Source: Calcarisporiella thermophila CBS 279.70
Taxonomy: Eukaryota; Fungi; Calcarisporiellomycota
Assembly (NCBI RefSeq): GCF_041956535.1
Contig: NW_027192201.1
Location: 734,206-798,205, forward strand
DNA: 64,000 bases
Direction: 5' to 3'
Shown piece by piece: positions 26,221 through 39,071 of the stretch; the stretch's first letter is position 1; every line of letters begins with the position of its first letter. Below the pieces are notes generated by a model. That model was not told the origin of the DNA and did no database searches. It was given only the letters and a program-made list of their open reading frames with translations. The position numbers and the translations under genes are program-made.

Positions 26221-29200
26221 TTACCCAACAACAGGATTGACGGTGAACCGGGCCGCAAGCCAGGACACCACCTCGGGATGGCTTTGGAAGAATTGGAAGA
26301 GAAGCACCCCCAACATGACGATGAGCAGCGGCACCCAGAACCACACGAGGCGCTGGTCGTTGAGTCGCAGGAAGCTGACCTCTTGCTCCTCCTTGGCGCC
26401 GGCCGACCGGCAACGCATGTCGGTCGGGGCCGCCTCCTCTCTCCACTCCGATTCCGACGCCCGCTTCCTTCCCCTTGAGAGTCTCCGGGCCGAGTCGATG
26501 GATTTGGTGCGTTGCAGTACCGGCGGCCGGGGTGTGGCGGAGCGATGGAGCGAGTCTAGGGAGGTGGCGCGGTGCGAAGAGCGGGAGCGAGAGCGGAGCG
26601 ATGAGGAGTGGCGGCTGCGCGAATAGTCGGCGTTGAGGGGCGTGAGCGGCGACACGGACAGCCCCAGCGATTCCCCGTAGCTCCAGTCTCTTTCTAGCGC
26701 CTCCATGCTCAGCTCGCCGCCCTCCTTGTACGGCGCCTCCTCGCCACGCCCGGGAAGGGCTGTCGCGGCCGCCTCCGCCCTATTCCCTCCGGGGAAAATG
26801 AAACTGGGCAGGCGGGTGAAGTTCACCTGGGTGGGAATCTGGGGCAACTCGAAGGGCAGCGAGGGCATGGTGGGGATGGAGGGGCGGGGCAGGCCGGAGA
26901 GCGAGTGTCCCAGATGGCCCATCACGGCGGGCAGCTTCGCCTCCTTGATGTTTGGGACGTGCAGCCCGCTCGTCTGCAGGTGCGACAGGGTCTTTTGCAG
27001 CCAGAGGCTGGAGGCGACCGCCATGTCGGTGAGGGGCAGGTGCCAGCCCTCATGCACCTTTTCCGCCAGCTTGACCACCTCCGCGTCCACCACCGCCTCC
27101 ACGGGCCGGTGCTCGTCCTCGCTCGAGCTCCACCTCGCCCGCTGGTCCCCCTCCTGCTCAAAGCTCACCGACGACTCGTCCGCCTCCCCGTCCGCATCCT
27201 CCGACTCCTCCCACATGCTTCCCCCCGTCTCGTCCTCGTCGGACTCCTCCTCCGTGTCCACCGTCTCCTCGTCGGCGGCATCGTAGTCGTCGTCTCCGTC
27301 CGACGAGAACCGGTCCGACGTCCCATCGCTACTCGCCAGCGACGGCGATGACGATGACGACGTCGGGGACCCCACGGGCGTCGCCAGTCCCATCTCCCAT
27401 TCGGCAAGCAGCGCGACGGTCCCGTGGAAGCAGCGGGAGCGCGCGCGATCAATCGGCAGCAGCCCATACGCATCCCGCAAATTGACCCGTGCCCCCGCCT
27501 CCAACAGCGTCTTCACCACGCTCTTTTTCCCGGTCCACGCCGCAAAATGCAGCGCCGTGAAGCCATTCCGGTCGCGCGCGTTCACCTCCACGCCGAGCTC
27601 GGCAAGCAGGTAGGCGAGCCGATCGAAGCCGAGAAGGGCACACAGGTGAAGCAGGGTGTGCCGCGTCTTCGTCTTGAAGTCGAGCCTCCAGGGGTGCCCC
27701 GTGTGGAGAGCGCGCGCAAGGGTCAACACCCGAATCACGGTGGCCTCCGTGACACGCTGGCCCATGGGTGCATATCGACCGGCGGCGGCCGATTGCTGGG
27801 TGCCCCCGACGTTGTTGCCGACCACGCCTCCCATGCCAAAGTCCTGCCCAGAGCTGACGATGCGCATGGCGACCTCACGGGCGTTCTCCACCCGGCCGGT
27901 CAGCTTCACTCCGAGGACCTGGAGAGCAAGCTCCATGAGCTGGCGGTCCGCAGCATCGTCCTTGTAGGTGAAAAACAGGGGGGCGTTGGTGGTGCCGGAG
28001 AGGGAGATGGGGTGCTCCTTGAAGGTCACCGCCACAGGGCCAGGGGTGGGCGACGGGGGAAGGAGGCAAACGATAGTGCCCGGGGACCAGATTTGCGTGC
28101 TCAAGGAGGGAACACCGCCAAACAAACACGTCAGCCCCTCTGGCATTTCCCGAAATTGCAAAGGGCAACTCGTGGTGAGTGCATGGTTTAGAAGAGTAAG
28201 AAAAGCAAGAGATGGACTTACGATAAAACCCGGACCCCAACAGGGTCACCTCGATCCCGCCCAGCATTGGCCCCTCGTCAGGAATAAGCCGATTGATGGT
28301 GGGTGTGGGTGATGGGGCCGTCACGGGCTGGCCCATCATCCCCGTGGAGTGCCGCTGCTTGATGGTCGGTTGTACGGGCGCAGTTTGGACCATCGTGCCG
28401 GTGCTGGAGCCCTTAACAAGGCGTCCGGATCGACTGGCCGTTTTCTTGTGGGAGACGGGCTGGGGAACGGCCTGTGGCTGCGGTGTTGGCTGCTGTTGCT
28501 GCTGCCGCTGTTGACTGCGGAATGCCTGAGGCAAGAGGCTGCTTACGGGTAGAAAAGAGCTAAACATGGATCGTTGGCTTTCAGGAGCGGAGGTGGGCGT
28601 GGATGCTTGACTCTCGTGGGGGATGGTGATGCTGGCGGCTTGAGCAGTCGCCGAATTTTTGGTTCGCGAGGTGAAAAACACGCTCTCCGGGTTGGCCTCG
28701 CCATTCTCAGCGGGATGAGGCAGGGGGGTAAAGGCGGCGGGTGAGAGGGCAGAGAGGGGGGTGGTCGAGGCCGGCGTAAGCGGGGAGGTGGGGGTCAGGG
28801 AGCCGTTGCGTTTATCGGTAGTGGAGGGACTTGGGGCCTTCATGGATGCCAAGTCCTGCTCGGAGGACTGCTTAGTGCGCCGTCGTGCCAGTTTGCTCGC
28901 CGACTTCTCCTTGTCTTTTCCACTCTTATGATCGTCGGTTATTAAAATGGGGGGCGAGGTGCCATTGGCAATGACCCTGCCCAGATAATCCGTCATTTCA
29001 AAGGTTATGCTGCGACACAGAGGAGGGGGCGTTAGCGGGAGACCGTTTAAGAAATGGGGGGCAGACGCCACACTTACATGAATCCGACTTTTTCGTTATG
29101 GTGGCGGCAGTAGCATGCTATTCGCGTCGGTAAGATTGCATCACCAGAGTCAAATCGGAACACCTCTGGGCAATTGAAGAGCAGCACGCGCTGTTGCTCG

Positions 29201-30543
29201 TACGCTAGGCGAGATTCCTCGTCCAGCTCCATGTCATGGTCCATCGTGTTTTCCGCCCCTGGTTTAGGCGGTCTAGGTTTTTTGCGTTGTGCGCGCTTTC
29301 GCTAAGGGGAATATGAAAAAAGAAGTCAGAACGGCCGTGAGGATGGACAAGCCAGTCGGAGTGAGACCTACCTCTCGCTGAACACAGGCAACGCACATGG
29401 TCACTTTTCTCCCTAAATCGCTGGCGCATATTACCGCCGCTTTTAAATTTAAAATTCCCTTCTCTCCATATTGGGATTGCATCGATTGAGCTAGAGAGAT
29501 CACAAAATAGAGCGGTGAAGGTTATCTCGATGTTCTCTCTCCAAAACAAACGGGAAAACCAATGAACCACTTACGATTTTTGCAGAATTTTTGCGTGAGT
29601 TTTTTCCTTGCAACCATGATTTCGGGAATTCTGAGGTGCGTCCACAGTCCTTCGACTTTTTCGCCATTTTCGGTGACCAACTGTATACAGAGCTTTACTT
29701 GTGTCTCGACTCGGGATCTAGCGCCTTGCTGTGGAATACCAAGAATTCTGATTTGGAGACTATCATTTCCCCCCCCCGAAAAAAAAAATTAGTGAGGAGG
29801 ACATGGGAGAGGGGAGGACAAAACACTTACCCCTTGTTGCTCATGTCTGGGATGTCGCCGGTGGGGGAGATAAATGAGGCGGGGCGGGGGGAAGGGCGAA
29901 TCTCAGACTTGTTTCTAGAGAAGGTTCAACATTAAGGTGAGTATAGGGATGGGGGCTCAACAGAAAAGAGATTTAGCAGGAAGGATCACATACTGGCATG
30001 GCTCCTCGGTATTAAGATATTTCAAGCAGTCTTCTTGTGCCTCTGGAAAAGCGGTATCACTGGTCCTATTCCAGTTCTGACAAAAAGAAAGACAAGAGAA
30101 ACAGTTAGTAAGCGGAATGAGCATGGTTTAGGTCAGGGGAAGCCTACGTTGTATCCCTCTAGTTCATTTAATCCATGCTGCAACATGTCCATTCTCTGCC
30201 CCATTCCTGCAGTGGCTGTTCGAATGAGTGCTTCGGTTGCGGAGCCATACCACCCCGCCGCTTGGGCGCTTAGTCCCGAATCATCAAACATAAGCCCATC
30301 CATGTCTCCATCGACATGGTTGAAACCGATTAAATCCAAATCTTCCACCAGCTCTGCTCTTTCCTCCGTCTCCTCCCTGTCGTCTCCTTCCTCCTCCTCT
30401 TCTTCCTCCTCATCCTCATCAGCGCTTTCATCGTCTACGTAATCGTCTTGCAAATAAAACTTGGAATCCTTGACACTCTCATTCGCGGTTATTGAATATG
30501 ACTCAGCACCCTCGGCCATGGAGGTCACTCCTTCGCCTGGCAT
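26221..30543 (-). CDS. SPT23/MGA2: ER membrane-bound transcription factor of the Spt23/Mga2 family (IPT/TIG, ankyrin repeats, C-terminal TM)
   Basis: SRVETQIKL, IACYCRHHNEK, SPPILITDDHKS, INRLIPDEGPMLGGIEVTLLGSGF, ankyrin repeats (NGFTALHFAAW), NDQRLVWFWVPLL TM segment. Confidence 0.92.
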
Positions 30544-31147
30544 TGAAAGGATCTTGTGAATTCAATGTCTGGTGTGATGTGAAAAATGTAGGATTTTGGA
30601 TTGGATGAGTTGGACGCCGTGGTTGGAAATGGGGGAAGGTTGAAAATCCTGGTAAATTAATGGAGTATAAGGGGGACACAGGGGAAATAATATGACGCTC
30701 CGCAAAATCTCTGGTTTGAAGGAAATAAAAATGGCGGAAAAGTGGGGGGGGAGGAGAGAAAAGAAAAAGTTAGAGACGCAGCGGATAAAGAAATCAAGGT
30801 TAATGAGGGCTCATGGGGGGACAAGAGATATCCAGAGCGATAAGTTATTTATTAACCCGTAATAAAGAAAGAGCGGTCCCCCACCCACTGAAAGAATGCT
30901 TACCTGCTAACTGTTTTCGTGTGTGATTATGGATGAAAATAGAGATGAAATAACAATGGCTAGTACTTCGTACCCGATGGCTATTAAAATGATGGCAGGG
31001 AGATTGAAGATCTTGAAGGAATTCCACCTTCTGTGTTGGCAAAAGGGTGTGACGTGTACAGTTTGCACCAAATAAACTTCAGTATTTTCCTTTTTGAACC
31101 ACACTTTAAATTTTCGTTCAAGTATTTCGGGTACACAATAGTAGATC

Positions 31148-32786
31148 ATGCCATTGCATCCTCGCTTGCTCCTGCTTTCCCTCCCGCGATGCCCCGCATG
31201 TCGCACTGTCGAACTGCGCAATGCGCGCGACTACGCGATCATGAGCCGTGCCTGGCGGCTAGCTAGCCGGTCGCGGCCCGCGCTTGCTTCTCAGTTCAAC
31301 CCCACCCCACCTCCCAAAGAGCCATTGCAGGCGGAGCCGACCCCCCCAACCCCCTCCCCAAGAGCCAAGCCTTCAAAATCTAGAAAGCGCGAGGCGATTC
31401 CTCTGTCCTCGGCAGGTACGTTTATTTCCCGCCGTCTCTAGCAGACAGGACGCTCATTATTATTCCTTTTTGCGATGGTCCGCAAATAGATGTCACGACC
31501 AAGCTCCCAAAAGTATTTAAACAATTCGAGCAGCCGCCAGACCCACACCTTATCCGTGTGTCCATAGTAGGCCCCGCCAATGCTGGCAAGTCCACCCTTC
31601 TGAACCGATTGGTAGGCGACAACATATCTCCCGTCACGGAACGGCCCCAAACAACAAGGGAGAGGATTGTTGGTGTGTTGACAGAGGGAAACAAGCAAAT
31701 TGTAATACCACTGTCTATTGAAGCTTTTGTCCGGTGATTGAATAGAAGTCTTTACTTATACCCCCCTTATTTAGGTATTCTTGGACACTCCTGGAATTAT
31801 CCCTGGAAAGAATATCCATCGGTATAACCGCGAACTCATCAATTCCTCCTGGCATTCACTAAAGGAGGCGGATCATGGTAAGTGGTTGTAGGATGACTTA
31901 TTACTACGGCCCACGGGTGAGACCACTAAACGTTTGCTTTAGTCTTGATCATGGTAGATGCTCAAAAGGTGCGCAGATCCACGTTTGCCGAAGATTATTT
32001 GTTCCAAAGACTGAGCGGATTTGAAGTGCCCGCAACACTAGTGTTTAACAAGGTTGGCTAGAAACGGGCTGTGGCTCGGTTGTCTTTTGCTCATTTGACT
32101 GACTTGACCTCCATCCCCTTTAATACTGCCAATGTATCAAGATGGATACGGTGGAGGATCGGGCGGCGTTGGAGCCAATAACGGCCAAATTCCAGACGCA
32201 ATACCCGTACATCAAACGCGTTCTGTTCATCAGTGCACGAGAGAATGTCGACCCCATTAAAGTGAGTCATCTTATCGCCTTTCCTCCCCTTCCTCTTCCT
32301 CCTCTCCAAATCTTTTCACTGCATACTTACTTGTTCCACTCCCTCGTTTGGGCCAACCCTAGGACGCACTCGTCTCGGAGGCGAAGCCTGGAAATTGGAT
32401 CTATCCCAGTGACGCAAGGACCGACCTTGCCGACCTCAAGCGGGTGGAGAACGTGGTGCGAGCTGAGCTCTTCAAGCGATTGTCGGGCTACTTGCCCTAC
32501 ATCATCAAACAAGAGAACATCGGATGGCTACACGAGAAGGGGAGACTGCGGATCGATCAGCTCCTCTATGTGGACCGGGGGAGTCAAGAGGTAAGAAGTA
32601 GGGTTTGGGGAAAGGGGGGGGGGGTCGATGGCAACTCTCTTACTTGCCCCTTTGCTTCTGTAGAAAATCGTGGTGGGAGCGGAAGGAAGGGTGATCAAAG
32701 AGGTGACGCTAGAGGCGAGGAAACAGCTCTCAGAGATATTCCACAAGCCGGTTCAACTCTTTTTGCAAGTGAAATCTAGAAAATAA
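31148..32786 (+). CDS. ERA: Era-like GTPase (probably mitochondrial, ERAL1-like) with KH domain, 7 exons
   Basis: Arg-rich presequence; G1 GPANAGKST, G2 PQTTR, G3 DTPG, G4 NKMD, G5 ISAR; KH region VRAELFKRL..YLPY..QEKIVVG. Confidence 0.88.
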
Positions 32787-33219
32787 ACGTTGAAATGCAT
32801 TCCATTTTCCCTCCCAAGTGGCCATTGGGCATTTCGGTGTGGAGTTGGTGGTGGTTGAAAGGAAAAGATATGAATGGATAAAGGATCCATAAGCAATGTA
32901 TAATTCCCTTCATTTAAATATTATACATAGAGAAAAACAGCTAGAAATATAGCGCATATTACACAGAAAAGAGAAGAGTAGAATAAAATAACAAATCAAG
33001 AATGGAACACAAAAAAAAAAGATCCTTGGCAAAGGGAATTCATGACTGTACAAATCAATAAGAATAAGAATAAGAATAGAAGATATTATATATCCTATCA
33101 TCTTTAATAAACAAGCGGGTGAGGGAATGGAAAAGAAAAAAAAACGAAATAGAATAATAATAACAGTAGAAATAGATGAGGTCTGGAAATCAAAAAAAGG
33201 GGGGGAAGGGGAGGGGGAA

Positions 33220-34359
33220 TTAGAATCCGACTCCCGAGTCATCCTTATGAGGGTCCACTTTGTAACTTAGTCCCCCGGTGTCTCGGTATGCCAATTGCCT
33301 ACCCATGACTTTGGGCAGCGAAGGGTTTGAGGGGTGCGTTCCAGAATGCTCGGAGGATTGCAGGCGCATGGAGGTCTTCGTAGAGAAGGAGGAGTGACGT
33401 GCATGGCCATCGTAGAAGCGCGGGCAGGCTTCGACCATGGCCCGCAGCTGCTCGACGGTGGCCCGCTTCGCCGGCGAGGTGAAGATGCATTTCAGGATCT
33501 CGTTCAATTGGACCGAGATCGGCAGGATGCTCCGCAAGTAATCCGGGTCCCGGAGGTAGGCGCTGTAGGCGTCGTCAGCGGGCGAGGCGCGATGCCAGGG
33601 ATTACGGCCGGTCACCAGGTTAATGAGGATGATACCCAGCGACCAGATATCGTTGGGGATGGAGGCGTAGGAGCGCCGGTCAGTGCCTTGGCACTCGGGG
33701 GAGAAGTAATACATGCTTCCGCACCCAAAGTCGCTGCTGTACTGCTCTGTGGTCGCCAGGCCAAAGTCCGTGAGTTTTAGAGTGCGACCGCCGTCAAACA
33801 CCATGATATTCTCTGGCTTGAGGTCCCGGTGATAGAGGCCGACCGAGTGGCAGTAGGCTACCGCATCGAGAATCTGAAGAAAGGCATCTCGCACCGCACG
33901 ATCATTGCCGACGTATAATGAACGCTCCGTGATGTTGTAGAAGAGATCGCCCTCGCTGCAGTATTCGAGCACCACGTATATCGATTCCGATGTTTCAACC
34001 ACCTAGTCAAGGGTTTGGAGATGATGCATTAGCGCTGAGGTGTAAAAGAGGACAAAGAGACGCAGATTAGAAGCAAAAGTGGCGATAGAAACCTTTATCA
34101 GGCTGAGGATGTTGTGGTGTGAGGAGACCTGGGTGTGCAATGTGATCTCGCGGTACTGGAACGCCCGCTGTCTAGAATCGAGCCCCGCCTTTGGGAGGAA
34201 TTTGACGGCAAACATTTGCCCCGTCACAAGACTTCGCGCCCTGTAGACCACCCCGTACGCCCCCACTCCTAATACGTCCAAGATCTCAAGCGAGTTGTTG
34301 TCGATCTTCTGGCCAATTTGATTTAAGATAGTGGTAGAATCTAGGGTTGGCTGGTACAT
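33220..34359 (-). CDS. Ser/Thr kinase, Ran1/Pat1 (Sks1/Vhs1) family
   Basis: LGVGAYGVVY, AVK, FQYREITLH, HRDLKPENI, DFGLATTEQYSSDFGCGSMYYFSPEC, GRNPW; intron 34003-34092. Confidence 0.9.
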
Positions 34360-37300
34360 GATGTAGGCAATTGGGCTGTATGAATGTTTAACGTTTTTTA
34401 GAAGAAAAAGAAAATCTAAAGGTGTATAGGAGGGGAGGGGGGAACGGATTAGGGAGATTGAAATTAGCTCATGGAAAGCGGGAGGGGGGTAGGGAGGGGC
34501 GGCGGCGATTTAGAGGCAAGCGGGGGGAGGGGGGAAGGAGGAGAGGGCTGAAGAAGGGGAGGCAGAAAATAGGAAGACAAAAAAGCGTAGAGAAAGTAAA
34601 GGAAAAAAGTGGGGTTAGTTGACAACTCCTCCCAACCGAATTCACGGAGACAGAGGATCCTAATTCAGCTCAGCTTCAATTCAAAGGAAATCGGATAAGA
34701 ACCGCCGAAATGCGCAGCCCGCAGTATCTTTTCCACTTGGGACTAACTAAACCTTGAGGCCATGTGCAGGCGCACACTCTCACAAAAAACATGAGCTACC
34801 CTCATTATTCAGCCAATATACTATAAATACACCTTCTTTTATTCAATTTAATTTACAAGCGCTTGAAACCTCAGCAGCACTGACCACCTCCCTTCCTCTA
34901 ACCTACCTCCGTTTCCTCTTTGAGGGCTCGAACTCTGCAGCCTCTCTCCAAGTTTATCCACTGTCTCGCAGTCTCACATTTGCCGCCCGTCCTTTCCCCT
35001 CCCCGAGATCAACCAACAACCATGGAACAGCATGGACCCCTCGTCTCCCACCAAATCGCCGGAGCGGTTCCATCGCCTATGATGGGCCGGGATGTCTAGC
35101 CATGCATCCACGAGCAGTCTACGACGGATACTGCTCTGGTTTTACTCGTACCGGATGCTCAGAGCAGCAGTCCCCTCAACACACGCAAAGTTTCTCGTTA
35201 AGCCTGATTGCCTTGCTGGAACCACCCCGCCCTTCAGACCCGTCTCCTCTGAGAACCATGCGTCTGTGCTAGATAACCCCCGATTTGAACGGCTGCGACC
35301 AAGCCAAGGGGAGCTGCTCGCAGCGGAGCAGGCCCTTATTCGCGAGAGGGCTCGTAGGGGCCCCGTCGTGTTTCGCACTTGGAAGGGAGAAAAGAAGGTT
35401 AATATTGTCTTTCCCAAGTAATCAAACCGGCTTGCTCCATGCAAGAGCAGTCGAACCATCTCCCGGTTAATTGATTAGACACTTTAAACTCAAACTTGGG
35501 GGAGGAGGGCAGAGGGGAAGGCAAGCCGCATCATGCGCGCAAGCCTTACCCGCTTCTACCCCACCTGCCCTCCTCCCCTTCCGCCCGGCCTGACTACGGA
35601 TTTCCGAAAATTCATGCCAGAGCCTACGCAGCCGCCCGCCATGGCTTCGGAATGCAAAGGCGCAAATGCATCGGGCGGCCTAGCCCCCTCCTCTTCTCCC
35701 TCCCTCTCCCTCCCCCCCCCCCCCGCCCCAACCCGTGCGCGCAAGCTCATCCCAAACACGAGGTCGCTCCCTTCTTCCATGAAACTCTAAATTGCGGATA
35801 TTTGCCCCTTTTGATCTAGGGAACCTTGCTCTATGGCTATGACACGAACGAAACCTTGTTTTTCTCCACCCTTTACTAAAACCATGGTCGCAAAGGGCTC
35901 CCCAGTAAGCCTCCATCCCATGCCGGCGAGCAGGCCTCTTCTTTTGGTATCGGCCCTCTCTTCCCCCGTTGAAATGGGTCTTAGACTTTCTCTCCCCGTT
36001 GGCCACCCCGCCATGGCCGCGTTAGGAAAGCCTATGCGGCCTAATGTCCCACCAAAAGCTTATCCATGAAACTCTTCTATCATACACTGTTTGCAATCAG
36101 GGAAAATGCCGCTTTTGGGTTTATTGTCCATATTGTCTGCCGCCTTTTTGCCCGCAACCTTCCCTGCATCGTCTTTTGTTTGCAGGGATTCACACGTCAT
36201 CCTGGTTCCACCGGAAAACCCCGTCTTCCCCACCATGGCAGTCGCTTGTGACGGCGACGTGGTTCCCCATGGTCCCCGTCCACCCCGAGCTCAACCGAAC
36301 CTGGCCAGGGCAGCTGGGCGGATCCGCATAGAAACTGAGGCAGACTCAGCAGGGTGGATCGGCAAGGTCTTGGATGCTGACGAACTCTGCTTCCCTCTCC
36401 CTCCGGTTTCTCAATGGGAACTCTACCTCCTACGAGGGGGACGAGGATCCCAAGCGATCCTCTGCAAACCCGACTGGAACATGGATCGAGATCCCTTGAT
36501 GGACATCGTCGAGCCGGCATGGATTTTCTTGGGAGTGTCGGGAGAGGATTTGCACAGGAGCGTGAGTCGACCAGGGGGGTCTATTTGAGACCCACCGAAT
36601 GGGTTGAGAAACGCGCTTCGAGCCTTGCACCCTGCCTCTCTCTTTGGGATGAGTCAAGCCTCTCTTATGTGGTTGAAACTAGTGTTCCGGCTCACCTTAA
36701 AATAAAGTAAATCAAACCTGGCTCACGAGTCGATTGTGTTGGGTTGCATACTAGGGGTCCATCCCTTTTCTCTCCAACCCCCCTCTCCCTCCCTCCTCTC
36801 AGCTTCCCAACCTCTTCTTCGAGTCCCCTGCTGATCCTCCCGGGGCCCCCATTCAATTTGCCACCGCCCATCCTCCGTAGCATGGCATTGGTAGGGAAGA
36901 TCGGCTCGCGCCACGATTCGGGTATGAAGATCGCAAATCCCGAAGAGATCTTCCAGTGACTCTGTTTTTCAACCTCAGCTAACTGTCTCGAATGCAAAGA
37001 AACTTTCGCTCGGTTGATTGAGCGACATCCTCTCTTGTATCGCCCTTGCAGAAATACACTCTAGCCGGTTTCAAGTCGTCTTCTCCCCCTCCCGCCCCCA
37101 TCCTCCATACGCATTGAGAGCAAATACGATCGTCGGATCGAGATTCCTCCAGTTGCATTACCCCAAACTCAATCCCCTGTCGTCGCTCTGTCCCGTAGAT
37201 TGGCAAGCAACTCCTTTTGCGGCTCGATCGCCTGGAAATCGCCTGGAAATCGCCTGCTAATCACGGGCCCTCATTCAAGAGAACGGCCCCACCAGGATGG

Positions 37301-39071
37301 TTTAAGGTTTTCGAGAGTCAGTTTGACAATGGTTTTGGACTCGACAATGTCCGGTAGAGGAGACTGGGTTAGCCAGCGCAGAGACATTGTTCGAGCCGGC
37401 CCTGACGAGAACAAGCTCCAGGTGTGAGATCCCGTTGGTAGAGAAAGGAAGTGGATAGGGTGACCGTAAGCTGCGGAAACGTTCGCCGACCACGGTATGG
37501 TCTCAGTCCCGTATGACTTTATTGCAAGCCCAAGTTTGTCCTTGGGTGACCCGGTCCCCCCTCCATACCCTCCTGCATGGTGTATATGTACGTTCTTTTT
37601 TTTTTTCTTCTCTTCTATTATTAATTCTGTTTCAAAGTATATTGATTATTTGAAGTCAGCTTCGAATATTCCAAATAGGAAGCCTTCTCCACTTAACGAA
37701 GCCTGATCGGGAAAGGAGATAAGAATGGTCAATTTGCAAATCTCAACCCCCTTTCACTAATTGGGAGTCACCCACACGGAGTGGCGAGTCTTCCCTCTCT
37801 CACTAGTGTGGGAACGAGGCCCGACTGGTTCCGTTAACTCGAATAATTTCAAGCAATGCTAAACGGGAAGGGTTGTAAAGGACGACGCCGGCCCTCTCGA
37901 TCGCCAGATTCCCAGCGTGACTTCAAGGGGCCTTGCAAGGTTCCCATTCTAAAGCTATCCTAGAACATCGAGTTTGACTCCACACGCTCTTTCTCTAGAA
38001 TATCCTTAGATATTAAGTTTCAATGACCAATCTGGGTGGTCAGGTAAGGCAAGGGAGGAGGGGAGATCCATTCCACACCTCTTCTCACGATTGGAATATT
38101 AGGAAAGGTCGTGTTTTAGATGGCCATCGCATAGCCTGGCTAAGCTATGCGGTGCTTTCAGTTTGTATCAAGCTATGTTGAATGTTTCGGTCAGCTCAAA
38201 TGGTTCATACGGAAAAGAAAAATGAGTGGCTGCTCTCAGGGGGAGAGCATCTTGATGGAGACAAGCATCTCGTCTCATGCATGGGCGTTTCGCTTTTTTT
38301 TTTTCCTCTAAATGCCCAAGCTACTTGCAAACGAAGTAATAAGGGGAAAACAAGCCTCCATAGCTATATGGAGGAGGTCATGTTTTGATGCAAGCCAGGG
38401 ATGATCTCCTCTCTTCTTCCTCCCCCTCGCCCCCCCCCCCCCAGCCCTCAAGGAGAGCAAGGGCGGGAGAATGAAAATTACCTTTTTCGTATTGGCTCCT
38501 TCTTCCTCCTCCCACTCGCCTCAATTTTCATGCTACAGGATCGGAGGGGGAGGGAGTGGCTTACACGTTAGAATTAGACTTTAAGAATTGCATTTCCTGC
38601 GGGTTGTCCGCTCTTTTCGTTTCTCACGTGAGTGCTGCATGACTACCCCCTCCCACACCAACGTATGCAGGGTTGTCCAAGCGGGGCCCTCTCATGCCAT
38701 GGAGGTTGAATGGGCCCGCGCTTGGGGAACAGGGGGGGGGGGGGAGGGGACAAGAGACAAGCATCCGGCGACTGCGTAGACAACCAGTTTATATAGATCC
38801 AATTCAAAATGTCTAAGTAGGTAAAGGGGGAGTAAAGCATGAAAGGCAAAACATAGGAAAATAATAAAAAATAAATAGAATAGATCAGAGAGGCATGAGA
38901 AGGGGTTAGGAGGGGGGCTATTTAAAAAACACATTATTATTAAAGAGTACATAGAGATTATCACCTTGTTTTTTGAAGCAAAAATAAAGAAGGAAATAAA
39001 TAAACATAACCAAAACCAGCACGTTGGCAACCTCGTCCCCAACCAACCACAAGCAGCCACCTGCGGCGAGC

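Noticed and set aside
36091-36588. 165-aa ORF with a hydrophobic N-terminus
   Set aside because: No recognisable domain or codon bias; overlapping ORFs in all frames are expected in GC-rich DNA.
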